Part shown: positions 26,606 through 35,888 of the stretch, piece by piece
Layout of the letters: every line of letters begins with the position of its first letter
Position numbering within the stretch: position 1 is the first letter of the stretch
From: a virus
IMG/VR virus record: IMGVR_UViG_3300030518_000006
Span: 32,774-96,773 of that record
Strand: one strand, 5' to 3'
DNA length: 64,000 nt
The notes under the pieces: model-generated
What the model saw: the letters and a program-made list of their open reading frames with translations, nothing else
Database searches by the model: none
What the model was told of the DNA's origin: nothing
Made by a program: the position numbers and the translations under genes

Positions 26606-27697
26606 ATGCTCCCGCTCATCATCGGCATCGGCGCCGCAGCCCTCCTCCTCGGCCGTAAGGTCGTACGACGGACACGTCGGAATCCGCGGACGTATCGGCG
26701 GGTGAGTCGGAGGAATCCGCTAGAGGCCTATCACTTCTACTTCAGCACCCACCCGTCACTGATCCACGGGAAGCGTATCGGGTGGACCCGTTACGGCATG
26801 AGCGCCGAGCAAGTGAAACGGCTTGGCATCGCAGCAGCGAAACATGACTACCCGAAGGCCTGTGACTTCGCAGTGGCGAAGATCAAGAAAGGTTTACGGG
26901 CCAACCCCCTCCGCCGCGGCTCCTCCCGTGCCACCATCAGCGGCAACATCCGTAAGCTGATCCATGAAGGGCGCCCGCAGAAGCAGGCCATCGCCATCGC
27001 GCTGCGCACCGCTGGTGTCGCACGACGCAACCCGACCAACTGGGAGCAGCTGTTCGCCCAGGAGATGGCCCGCCAGCGCGCCGCTGGCACTGCAGCGCCC
27101 AAGCCGACCGGGTATGCAAGCGTCGCGACGATGCCGAACCCCGGGAAAATAGGGAATCGAATCGTCGCGCGTCACATGATCATGACGCAGGGGCGTGATA
27201 AATCTCTGCGCGAAGCGATTGATAAGCAACTCATGTATTCCCCTGGATCCAGGGAGCGTAAGAACTGGGCAGAGATTGCCCGTATCCTCGCGGGCAAGAC
27301 CAATCCACCCCGCCGCAAGGGCAAGCGCAAGGTCCGCCGCTCAAAGATCTCGGTGAGTCAGGCTGCGGCGCGGCTGATGCAGTGGCGGTGGCATCACAAC
27401 CCGGGAGGCAGCGATCTGGTGCCCTGGATTGTCGAGACCACCGAGATGCGCGGCTTCTCCCACGGCAAGCCCAACATCCGCACCGAGAAGAGCGCCTTCC
27501 GCGGTAAGAGCCACACCGCCAAGGCTCTCGCTGCTTGGGTGCTGCGCTACAACCAGTCCTTCACCTCGGGCGGGGTCAACAGTCACGCTTCCAAGGCCTT
27601 CGGCTACGAGCCCTACGCCTTCAAGGCCAAGCTGATCAACCAGCGCAATGGGCGAGTCGCCGCGACCTACAGCGCTCCGAAGTTCCAGGTGCTCTGA
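26606..27697 (+). CDS. N-terminally anchored basic multi-module protein with seven NP motifs (putative polyprotein)
   Basis: Start MLPLIIGIGAAALLLG; RRNP, RRNP, RANP, RRNP, MPNP, KTNP, HHNP separate distinct segments. Confidence 0.7.
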   Translation: MLPLIIGIGAAALLLGRKVVRRTRRNPRTYRRVSRRNPLEAYHFYFSTHPSLIHGKRIGWTRYGMSAEQVKRLGIAAAKHDYPKACDFAVAKIKKGLRANPLRRGSSRATISGNIRKLIHEGRPQKQAIAIALRTAGVARRNPTNWEQLFAQEMARQRAAGTAAPKPTGYASVATMPNPGKIGNRIVARHMIMTQGRDKSLREAIDKQLMYSPGSRERKNWAEIARILAGKTNPPRRKGKRKVRRSKISVSQAAARLMQWRWHHNPGGSDLVPWIVETTEMRGFSHGKPNIRTEKSAFRGKSHTAKALAAWVLRYNQSFTSGGVNSHASKAFGYEPYAFKAKLINQRNGRVAATYSAPKFQVL

Positions 27698-27700
27698 CCC

Positions 27701-30700
27701 ATGCGCTCCGCCACCCCCTCCCTCGCCGACGGCGACATCAACGCCGACTACAGCGTCCTGCCGGAGAACGGCAACGACGCGGTCGACGCGACCGTCCAGA
27801 AGATGGTCGAGATGGCGGCCGGCAAGTGGGGCCGCGAGAGTCCCAAGATCCGCGCTGCGGCGATCAACATCGTGCGGGGTCTGGATCCGATCACTGGCGA
27901 ACGATTCGCGCCTCAGGTCGCCAGCAAGGACTACTACGGGATGCTCGAGCAGATCCACAACTGGGTCCGCGACAACATCATGTATGTCAAGGACGTAGTG
28001 GGTCAGGAAACCCTGAGTTATCCCGAAGAAACGCTCTTCAACTCCCGTGCAGAGGACTGTGATGGGCAAGTGATTCTGGAGATGGCCCTCCTCGGCTCGA
28101 TCGGCTTGCAGAGCTATCCCGTCATCGTCGGGATGTTCCCGGGCCACTACTCACACGTCTACATGTATGCCGAGGTGCCCCCGGGGCGCCATCGCAACGC
28201 CGACACCACCTGGGCCGCCGATCCCATCATGAAGGACTGGCCGCTTGGCAGGGAGGCCCCGGCTGATAGGGTCAAGGCTAAGAAGGTCTACTCGAACCTC
28301 GCAGGATTTAACATGCCACTCAACGGATATGCTTCTTCCGACGCGGCGTTCTCTCCCCAGGACGAGCTCGAGGCCACGCAAGTCGGCACCGTGCTCGCCA
28401 CCCGCCTGACCGACTCCGGGGGTGCTGGGCAGATCGTCAATGCGAACCGCCTGACCCAGTGGGGCGATGAGCTGGACGACATGTTCAATGCCGAAGCGAC
28501 CGTCAATCCGATGCAGGCCGCGCCTGCCAGCCTGCTCTACGCCCGCGGCCCGGTGGTCGCCCGTGCAGCACGCGAGCAGACCTCCTACCTCAGCGAAGCC
28601 CCGCTCGGCGGGGGACGCAACCGGCCCGGGATGCGCCGTGGCCCCCTGATCATCACGGTCAAGGACAAGGCAGTCGGCGATTCGGTCACCAAGCCCAAGG
28701 CTCCGACCGTCAACGGCCTGATGGGCCTGGCAGACTACCTCGGTGAGCTCGCCCCGATCGCCAAGGTGGTCGGCAAGCGCATGAGCGTGAACGGCAAGCG
28801 CGACGCGCTCCATGCCACAGCGGCGGCAGCCCACCTCGCCAAGAACCAGGCCAAGAAGGCGACCAACCGGGTGGTCAAGCTGCAGCGCGACGGGTTCATG
28901 CCCGGCTTCGGCGCCGACATGCAGCCGGACAAGACGCTCGATGTCGCCATGCAGATCGAGAAGCTGGCCCACCAGGTCTCGGCCCAGGCCGATCAGATCG
29001 CCCAGCTCGCCGCCGGCAGCAGCCCACTCCGCCAGCAGGCCCTGAGTGTCGATCTCGGGGCGATGGACTACATGAACGAGCATGCCGCGGTGTCGGACCT
29101 GCTCGACAACATGCAGCTCCCCAACGTGCCGACCAAGGACATGGCCAAGCTCAAGTCCGTCGCCCTGGTCAACTGCATCCAGGATCCGGACGTCAAGCAG
29201 CTCGCCGTCGATCTCGCCCAGACCGATCTGCCGACCGCACCTGGTGCACGCGTCAAGACCCGGCTGCCCGAGGGCGCCATCGTGCGTGACCAGATGGGCA
29301 AGGTCATCCAGAATGGCGGGGGTGATGATAGCCTGGCCGGCCTGGGCGAACTCACCCGCAAGCGCCGCATCAAGCGCGCCCTGGCCGAGTTCAACGAGAG
29401 CACCGACACCAGCGCCATCGCCAACGCCCTGCGCGCCTCGGCGAATGGCCTGGCGGGCTACGCGAATGAACCGGGCCTCGGGCGTTCCCTGAGCCAGGCC
29501 ATCAGCGGCGTGGCCAAGTCCGTGGTCGCCAGCATCACGGTCCCCGTCAAAGCTGCGGTCGCGACCGTGGTCGACCCGATCAAGCTCGCCCAGACCGTCG
29601 CCACCGGCGGCTCGGTGAAGGCGGCGCTCACGAGTGACGTCCAGAACGTCACCAACCCGATGAACCAGGCGCTCAAGCAGATCGTCACCAGCACCCAGAA
29701 GGCTCCCTCGACCCCGGCGACCCCGGCGACCCAGTATGAAGACGCCAACGGCAATATCATCAGCGCTGGGTTGTACAACAGCCTGATGTTGAACCCGTCG
29801 ACCCCTGAGAGTTGCTTCGACGCGAACGGCAGCGCCCTGAACACGACCGGCTGCGTCTACGCGCCGGGCACCCCGGGCGCGACCGTGACCCAGACCACCG
29901 GCGCGTCGACCCTGTCCCAGTTCCCCGGCGGGACCTGCTTCAGCGCATCCGGTGCCTCGACCGGTGCGACCGGATGCTTCAGCCCGTCGACCGGTGCGGC
30001 CTGCTGGACCTTCACCAGCGCCACGACCGCCCCGACCGCGACCAACGCGGCCCCGGACTGCCCGATGGCTCCGGTGTCTGGATACAACCCCCAGGTCATG
30101 GGCCCCTATGCCAGCGGCCCGGGCGCTCAATGCTTCAACGTGACCACGGGTCAGCCGACCGGTGTGCCGGGATGCACGAGCCCCTCGACCGGTGTGGCGT
30201 GCTACGCCTGGCAGGGCCCGTCCGCCCCGCCGGTCGCGACCAATGCCGCGCCTGACTGCGCCGGGGCGACGTACAATCCGTACGCTGCCCAGCAGCCGTA
30301 CTATCCGCCCGGCGGCGGTGCGTCACCGTACGACCAGTCCACGCCCGATGGCACCAACTACGACCCGAATACGGGTGAGAGCCTGACCTCGACCCCGGAC
30401 TACTCCAACCAGGGTCCCCCGGACGACAGCGGCTTCGGGCCCGACCAGATGGGCCCGGCGTCCTATGCGGACAACAGTCAGCAGGACGAGAACACCGTGG
30501 CGGTCTCGGCCAGCGGTGGCGGCGGGTTCGACCCCTCGGGCAACTCGGGCATCACCGCCGGCGGCCAGTCTGACAGCGGTGATGATGGCTCGGATGATGG
30601 CGGCTCGGATGATGGCGGCTCGGATGATGGCGGCACTGATGATGGCTCGGGCGATGCGACCGATGTGTCCCAGTACAACGCCCCGTCCCAGGCCCCGAAG

Positions 30701-31027
30701 CACAAGAAGCACAAGTATTACAACATGGACACCGACTCGGGCGGTGACAACTCGGACACCAGCGACAGCGGCGAGGCCTCCGACGATGACAGTGACCTCG
30801 ACACCGGGATCAACGGCGACGTGGCCACGGGGGACATGTACCCCGAGGACGATCTCAACGAGGATGGGGGCGCCGGCTACGGCCGGGGCACCGCCCTGAC
30901 CCCGTCGATCGAAGGCCTCGGGGCCTTCTCCGCCTCCAGCCTGGTCAAGCCGGCACTCGCGATCGGCCTGGGCATCATCCTGTGGAAGACCGTCGGTAAG
31001 AAGCTCTTCAAGCGGAAGCGTGCCTGA
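27701..31027 (+). CDS. Transglutaminase-like (Cys-His-Asp) protein, candidate maturation protease, with long tail-anchored C-terminal region
   Basis: YVKD..ETL..P..EDCDG, SHVY, WAADP; then GFMPGFG/GLG motifs, Cys-rich repeats, acidic DDGGS repeats, TM + KKLFKRKRA. Confidence 0.8.
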   Translation: MRSATPSLADGDINADYSVLPENGNDAVDATVQKMVEMAAGKWGRESPKIRAAAINIVRGLDPITGERFAPQVASKDYYGMLEQIHNWVRDNIMYVKDVVGQETLSYPEETLFNSRAEDCDGQVILEMALLGSIGLQSYPVIVGMFPGHYSHVYMYAEVPPGRHRNADTTWAADPIMKDWPLGREAPADRVKAKKVYSNLAGFNMPLNGYASSDAAFSPQDELEATQVGTVLATRLTDSGGAGQIVNANRLTQWGDELDDMFNAEATVNPMQAAPASLLYARGPVVARAAREQTSYLSEAPLGGGRNRPGMRRGPLIITVKDKAVGDSVTKPKAPTVNGLMGLADYLGELAPIAKVVGKRMSVNGKRDALHATAAAAHLAKNQAKKATNRVVKLQRDGFMPGFGADMQPDKTLDVAMQIEKLAHQVSAQADQIAQLAAGSSPLRQQALSVDLGAMDYMNEHAAVSDLLDNMQLPNVPTKDMAKLKSVALVNCIQDPDVKQLAVDLAQTDLPTAPGARVKTRLPEGAIVRDQMGKVIQNGGGDDSLAGLGELTRKRRIKRALAEFNESTDTSAIANALRASANGLAGYANEPGLGRSLSQAISGVAKSVVASITVPVKAAVATVVDPIKLAQTVATGGSVKAALTSDVQNVTNPMNQALKQIVTSTQKAPSTPATPATQYEDANGNIISAGLYNSLMLNPSTPESCFDANGSALNTTGCVYAPGTPGATVTQTTGASTLSQFPGGTCFSASGASTGATGCFSPSTGAACWTFTSATTAPTATNAAPDCPMAPVSGYNPQVMGPYASGPGAQCFNVTTGQPTGVPGCTSPSTGVACYAWQGPSAPPVATNAAPDCAGATYNPYAAQQPYYPPGGGASPYDQSTPDGTNYDPNTGESLTSTPDYSNQGPPDDSGFGPDQMGPASYADNSQQDENTVAVSASGGGGFDPSGNSGITAGGQSDSGDDGSDDGGSDDGGSDDGGTDDGSGDATDVSQYNAPSQAPKHKKHKYYNMDTDSGGDNSDTSDSGEASDDDSDLDTGINGDVATGDMYPEDDLNEDGGAGYGRGTALTPSIEGLGAFSASSLVKPALAIGLGIILWKTVGKKLFKRKRA

Positions 31028-31029
31028 TC

Positions 31030-31905
31030 ATGCCCCTCCCCCGCCCCTTCGTCGACAATTCCTATCGGACTGAGAGCGTCGATCTCCAGCCGTTCGGGAA
31101 CACCGTGTCGATCGAGACGGGCTCGGACAACCCGTTCGAAGACGACCAGGGCATCGAGGTCGTAACCCAGCAGAGCGGGGGGATGGCGGGGCCTGATCCA
31201 CGGATGCGCTCGCGCAAGACCCTGGTCCGGGGAACACGCGTCACCGCGCATCCCGCCGGTGTGTCCCGTACGTACCACACCCGCAGCCAGGCCAATCGCC
31301 AGGGCTTCATGCCCGGGATGGCGGGGTTCGCCGGTCTGGGTATCGACATGCCGACTGATGACAGCGGTAGCGGCGGCGATGCCACCCCGGCCGATGCCAC
31401 CGACTTCAACGCCCTGACCACCGACCAGGATGCCTCCCTGTTCGCCCAGCCGGCACCCCAGAACCAGAACCTCTTCGCGATGCCTGCGCCGGGCCAGCCG
31501 GGCAGCGGCCTGCCCGCACCGAGCGCCGCAGCCACGCCTGCAGCTGCCCCTGCCGCCGCGCCTGCCGCTCCTGCAGCAGGTGGCGGGGGTGCAAAGGCTG
31601 CCAGTGGTGCGGCCACCGCCCTCACAGCGTTGACCGCCCTGACCCAGGCTGCCGGCCAGACCGGGACCGCGGTGCTCGCTGCCCAGACCAAGGCGGCCCA
31701 GGCGAAAGCAGCCCAGAGCAAGCTCCCAGCCGCAGCCAGCGCGCTCGGCAAGCAGGTCGAAACCTACTGGCCCTACATCGCTGGCGGTGTGGGCCTGGTG
31801 CTGGTGCTCGGCCTCGTCTTCGGTGGTGGCTCCCGCTCGACCACCGTCATCGCCGCGCCTGCAGCTGCTCCCGCCAAGACCAATCCCCGCAAACGCCGTC
31901 GCTGA
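31030..31905 (+). CDS. Tail-anchored virion protein, paralogue A
   Basis: ~100-aa leader ending GFMPGMAGFAGLG shared with next gene; TM then KTNPRKRRR. Confidence 0.75.
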   Translation: MPLPRPFVDNSYRTESVDLQPFGNTVSIETGSDNPFEDDQGIEVVTQQSGGMAGPDPRMRSRKTLVRGTRVTAHPAGVSRTYHTRSQANRQGFMPGMAGFAGLGIDMPTDDSGSGGDATPADATDFNALTTDQDASLFAQPAPQNQNLFAMPAPGQPGSGLPAPSAAATPAAAPAAAPAAPAAGGGGAKAASGAATALTALTALTQAAGQTGTAVLAAQTKAAQAKAAQSKLPAAASALGKQVETYWPYIAGGVGLVLVLGLVFGGGSRSTTVIAAPAAAPAKTNPRKRRR

Positions 31906-31914
31906 GAGATACCC

Positions 31915-32607
31915 ATGCCACTCCCCAAAGCATTCGTCGATAGCTCCTACCGCACCGAGCCCGTCGATCTGCAGCCCTTCGGCAACACGGTCTCGATCGA
32001 GACCGGCTCGGACAACCCGTTCGAGGATGACCAGGACGTGGAGATCTTCTCCCAGCAGAGCGGCGGGATGGCCGGGCCCGATCCGCGCATGCGTTCCAAG
32101 AAGACCCTGATCAAGGGCACCAAGGTCACGACCCACCAGGCTGGTGTGGCGCGCACCTACAAGACCCGCAGCCAGGCCAATCGCCAGGGCTTCATGCCCG
32201 GGATGGCGGGGTTCGCCGGTCTGGGTGCTGATCCGGCGCCAGGCCTGGACCAGGACGAGGGCAATCCGCCCGGCTACGTGCCGCCGGCTGGCCAAGCGGC
32301 CCCTGCATCCCCTGCTGCCCCTGCTGCCCCGCCCACCGGCGCCTGGGCCGCCCTGACGAGCCTGTTCTCCGCGGTTCCCGCCGGCGTCACCGCCTATGAG
32401 ACCGCCAAGAGCAACGCTCCCAAGCCCCCAGGCATGCCGCCTGCGGGCATGCCCCCGGCCCCCGGCAAGAGCACCAGCATCACCAAGATGCTGCCCTGGA
32501 TCCTGGGCGGTGTTGGCGTGCTGGTCGTCGGCGGCCTCCTGGCCGGCCGCAGCAAGCCGGCAACCGTGGTCGCCACCAATCCCCGCCGCCGGCGCCATCG
32601 CCGCTAA
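31915..32607 (+). CDS. Tail-anchored virion protein, paralogue B
   Basis: Same leader; TM then ATNPRRRRHRR. Confidence 0.75.
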   Translation: MPLPKAFVDSSYRTEPVDLQPFGNTVSIETGSDNPFEDDQDVEIFSQQSGGMAGPDPRMRSKKTLIKGTKVTTHQAGVARTYKTRSQANRQGFMPGMAGFAGLGADPAPGLDQDEGNPPGYVPPAGQAAPASPAAPAAPPTGAWAALTSLFSAVPAGVTAYETAKSNAPKPPGMPPAGMPPAPGKSTSITKMLPWILGGVGVLVVGGLLAGRSKPATVVATNPRRRRHRR

Positions 32608-32647
32608 CCCCACCAGACCTCTGCCCCTCTCCTGAAGGAACCGACCC

Positions 32648-33109
32648 ATGCAACGTGACATGTCCTACGAGCTCGACTCGGTGTTCTCTGGCCGAGGCGC
32701 TGGTGAGCTGGTGCAGGTCCAGCAGCCCCGCACCCGCATGAGCCGGACTCCCGGCCTGCAGCAGACCACCCGGTCCTCGGTGACCAAGATCAGCGCGCCG
32801 CTGGATCACAAGCTGTCCACGAGCCATCCCCACAACATCACGGCCCACAACACCAAGAGCCTGGCTCATGGTCTCGGCAAGCCGTTGAACGCCCGGTTCT
32901 ATACCGAGCCGAGCGACCTGGCAGGCATCGAGGATCTCGCCTGCGATGATGGGGACATGGGGATGGGGATGGGGGCCTATGATGACGATGACATGCCCTT
33001 CGGCGACCTGACCCTCCCGTTCATTGGCCCGGTCAGCAAGACCGGCGTCGCCATCGCCCTGATCTCCGGCTTCATCGCGTGGAAGCTGTTCAAGCCCAAG
33101 CGCGCATGA
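32648..33109 (+). CDS. Tail-anchored virion protein
   Basis: HGLG, DLAGIE; C-terminal TM + KLFKPKRA. Confidence 0.7.
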   Translation: MQRDMSYELDSVFSGRGAGELVQVQQPRTRMSRTPGLQQTTRSSVTKISAPLDHKLSTSHPHNITAHNTKSLAHGLGKPLNARFYTEPSDLAGIEDLACDDGDMGMGMGAYDDDDMPFGDLTLPFIGPVSKTGVAIALISGFIAWKLFKPKRA

Positions 33110-33594
33110 AAGCGATCCTGGGCATCGGCCGGCTGCTCGCACTGCACCTGGTCGATCCCACCACCGGTCGAACCACCACACGAAAGACCCCTGGCACATG
33201 GCTCGGATGGGACACCACGACGCGGCAATTCCTGCTCTGCAAGCCCAAGGGGCGCAGCCGGGCACCGTTACCGTCACGCGTCGTGCGGGCACATCGGCGA
33301 TTCCACGCCCACGATCCGGCCTCTGGTGGGCGCCTGGTGGAGGTGCCGACACCGATCGGACGGCGCCAGCAGATCGCGCTGATCAAGGCCCTGGACTACT
33401 TCGTGCCCAAGCAAGTGATCAGCCCCGACAAGAATCCGTTCGGGTGGACACACGCCTTTGGGGACACCGGCCACAAGGGCGGAACCTATACCGCGAAGGT
33501 GATGCCGGCGCTGGTCAGGGACTCGCGCGGTAACCTCTTCATCAAGCGGCGGAAGGGTAACATCTTCACCGTCGACACCTGGCTCCGAGGATAG
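33106..33594 (+). CDS. Hypothetical basic virion-module protein
   Basis: ATGA overlap; 162 aa. Confidence 0.6.
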   Translation: MKAILGIGRLLALHLVDPTTGRTTTRKTPGTWLGWDTTTRQFLLCKPKGRSRAPLPSRVVRAHRRFHAHDPASGGRLVEVPTPIGRRQQIALIKALDYFVPKQVISPDKNPFGWTHAFGDTGHKGGTYTAKVMPALVRDSRGNLFIKRRKGNIFTVDTWLRG

Positions 33595-33600
33595 AACACC

Positions 33601-34161
33601 ATGGCCGCCCTCCCCTTCAAACTCAAGATGAACGCCAAGACGCTCGGCATCGGCGCCGGTGCCCTGGTCGGCCTGTTCCTGGTCTACAAGCTCGCCTTCC
33701 ACAAGAGCAAGAAGGCGGCCGAGGATACCAGCACCTCCGGTGATGCCGCGGCCCTCGCCCAGATCCAAGCCCAGCTGAACCAGCAGGGCCAGACGCTCGC
33801 TGCGGCCACGGCGGCACCTGCAGCCCCAGCCTACGGCACCCCCGGATATGGGTTGCCCTACACCCCGGCGTATGCCGCTCCCACCTACGGCACCCCGGGC
33901 TATGTGGCCCCCTATGCGGCCCCGGGCACCACCCAGGCCTCAGGACCTCCTGCTACCCCGCCGGTCGGGGGGTACCAGTGGATCTGGAACGGCGCCGCCT
34001 GGACCCAGACCCCGGCCGCCACCCCGGTCGGGATGCACTGGCAGCAGCTGGGATCGACCTTCCAACTCGCCCCGAACGCTTCGAGCGTGGCCTACATCGA
34101 TCGCCGGCCGGCGAGCCCGGCCTCGATCATCCCGACCACGGTGCTCACGCCGCCGAACTAG
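33601..34161 (+). CDS. N-terminally anchored Pro/Ala/Tyr-rich protein
   Basis: TM near the N-terminus, AP.YGTPGY repeats. Confidence 0.65.
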   Translation: MAALPFKLKMNAKTLGIGAGALVGLFLVYKLAFHKSKKAAEDTSTSGDAAALAQIQAQLNQQGQTLAAATAAPAAPAYGTPGYGLPYTPAYAAPTYGTPGYVAPYAAPGTTQASGPPATPPVGGYQWIWNGAAWTQTPAATPVGMHWQQLGSTFQLAPNASSVAYIDRRPASPASIIPTTVLTPPN

Positions 34162-34764
34162 CAGATCTCCCGGTAGAGCATGCCGTCGAGCTGGACGCGC
34201 ACGTCCACGTGGCGGTCCCTCCAGTCGATGTCGCCGGTGTTGAGGACCAAGCTGAAGTGTTGAACGGGCGGGATATACAGGCTGGGAGTGATACCCAGGT
34301 GCTTGAGCCGAATCGGCGGCAACCCTGGCGCAGCAGCGGCGTCCTTCTCCACGTCGTCATCCCGCTCCATGTTCATGAGCGGCAGGTTGAAATAGAGCTT
34401 CTCACCGATCTGAAAGTAGAAAGACGCCTTCGAGATATCGACGACCTTGGAGAGCGAGATCCGGATCCCGTCGAGGAGAAATCGTTTCGGCCAGGTGAAT
34501 TGCCCGGCCGTGCGCATGTTGGTGTAGGCTTCAGACCGGCCGTTCGGATTATGGAAGAAGCAGATGGTGCTGTGGGCCGCCCACGGCTGGGTGTCATAGA
34601 TCGAGCGTCGCCCTTTCTCGAGGCGGACCCCTCCCTTGCGGTGGTCCTTGACATGGACGTACTCAACCGGGACTTCGACGAGCCAGGGGGCCCCCGTCCT
34701 TCTCTCCTTCATATACCTGGACGATCGAGCCTCTGCCCGGGTCTTCGAAGATCTTTTCAGCCAT
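34158..34764 (-). CDS. Capsid-protein paralogue, apparently frameshifted at a G5C5 run (or starting at 34712)
   Basis: RLEKGRRSIYD, YTNMRTAGQFTWPKRF, GEKLY, YIPPVQHF, LDGMLYREIC; RBS AAGGAG + ATG at 34764 is out of frame by one base. Confidence 0.7.
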
Positions 34765-34789
34765 GATGAATCTCCTTGTGGTGGTAGAG

Positions 34790-35692
34790 TTACTGGATTT
34801 CCCGGTGGATCGTGCCATCGAGTTGCACCCGGATCTCGGCCGACTCGAAATGCTTGCCGCCGGTATTGATGGTCAGGCCGAACCATTGGACCGGCGGGAT
34901 GTAGATCGTCGGGGTGATGCCCACGTGCTTCAGACGCATGCGCGGGAGCAGGGGGCCGTACTCGCCATCCTTGATCGGGTCGTCGTCCCGCTCCATGTTC
35001 TTGAGCGGCATGGTGAGGTACCTCTTCTCGCCGATCTGGAGTTCGAAGTGCGCCTCGGAGATGTCGACGAGGTGGGAGAATGAGATGCGCACGCCATCGA
35101 GATCGAAACGCTTGGGCCAGGTGAGCTGACCTGAGGTAGCTAGATTGGTGATTGCCGGCCCCCGATTCGGCCCGCCGCCGGTCTGGAAGAAGACGATCGG
35201 GGGTGGATTAGCGATGTACTCATCGCGGCGTCCCATCGGCACGTTGAACATGGTCCCATGGACCTGGGTGTCGTAGAGCGGCTGGCGACACGATTCCAGG
35301 CGGATCGTTCCGTTCTGAGCATCCTTGTGCTCGGTGAAGCGCGCACCGGGGGATGGTTTCAGGTCATCCAGGCCACGCGAGCCCTGCAAGGCATCATCCA
35401 GCTGCTTGGCAAGATCTGCGTCTGATACGTCCTCGAAGCCGGTCAGGGATTGCCAGTACTCCTCGGTCGAGCGAAAGACCTGGCCTTTCTCCGGCTTGGG
35501 GTCCTTGGTCTTCTTCGGTGGTTTGGTCGCGGCAGGCATGGAGAGATCTCCTGGCATGGGGTTGGTGGTGCGCGTCATGTGACGTTGGAGCACCTCTTGG
35601 ATGGTGAGCTGGTAGGACTCCGAATGTGCTTTGTACCAAGCCAGCACATCGGGATCGATGCGCATGGTGATCGAGGTTTTCTTCTTGGGCAT
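34790..35692 (-). CDS. BrnA-like ribbon-helix-helix domain fused to a capsid-protein paralogue
   Basis: N-term MPKKKTSITMRIDPDVLAWYKAHSESYQLTIQEVL (BrnA-like); C-term IRLESCRQPLYD..TNLATSGQLTWPKRF..GEKRYLTMP..IYIPPVQWF..LDGTIHREIQ. Confidence 0.8.
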   Translation of the reverse strand: MPKKKTSITMRIDPDVLAWYKAHSESYQLTIQEVLQRHMTRTTNPMPGDLSMPAATKPPKKTKDPKPEKGQVFRSTEEYWQSLTGFEDVSDADLAKQLDDALQGSRGLDDLKPSPGARFTEHKDAQNGTIRLESCRQPLYDTQVHGTMFNVPMGRRDEYIANPPPIVFFQTGGGPNRGPAITNLATSGQLTWPKRFDLDGVRISFSHLVDISEAHFELQIGEKRYLTMPLKNMERDDDPIKDGEYGPLLPRMRLKHVGITPTIYIPPVQWFGLTINTGGKHFESAEIRVQLDGTIHREIQ

Positions 35693-35697
35693 ACCTG

Positions 35698-35726
35698 TAT
35701 GTACGTAGATACGTACAGACTTGCAA
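35698..35726 (-). promoter_or_regulatory. Leaderless promoter with palindromic operator
   Basis: Minus strand TTGCAA-17-TACATA-5-ATG; TGTACGTA-GA-TACGTACA palindrome at 35700-35717. Confidence 0.65.
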
Positions 35727-35888
35727 GACCCGAGACGTACATACGAGCTGGGTCTTGGTGCATCGGGCGAAGGGCATAGGCTGGGCCGTGTCGCATGTGG
35801 TTGCGCCGCCTCCTCTGCTGGGGCCGCCCGATCAACAGCATATGTGCAATCGCTTCTGCCGCTCCTGATGAGCGTGACGAGAACCCCG

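Noticed and set aside
28151-32661. Long minus-strand ORFs (659 aa, 594 aa) and similar antisense ORFs elsewhere
   Set aside because: Shadow frames of high-GC genes, with no motifs and overlapping better-supported genes
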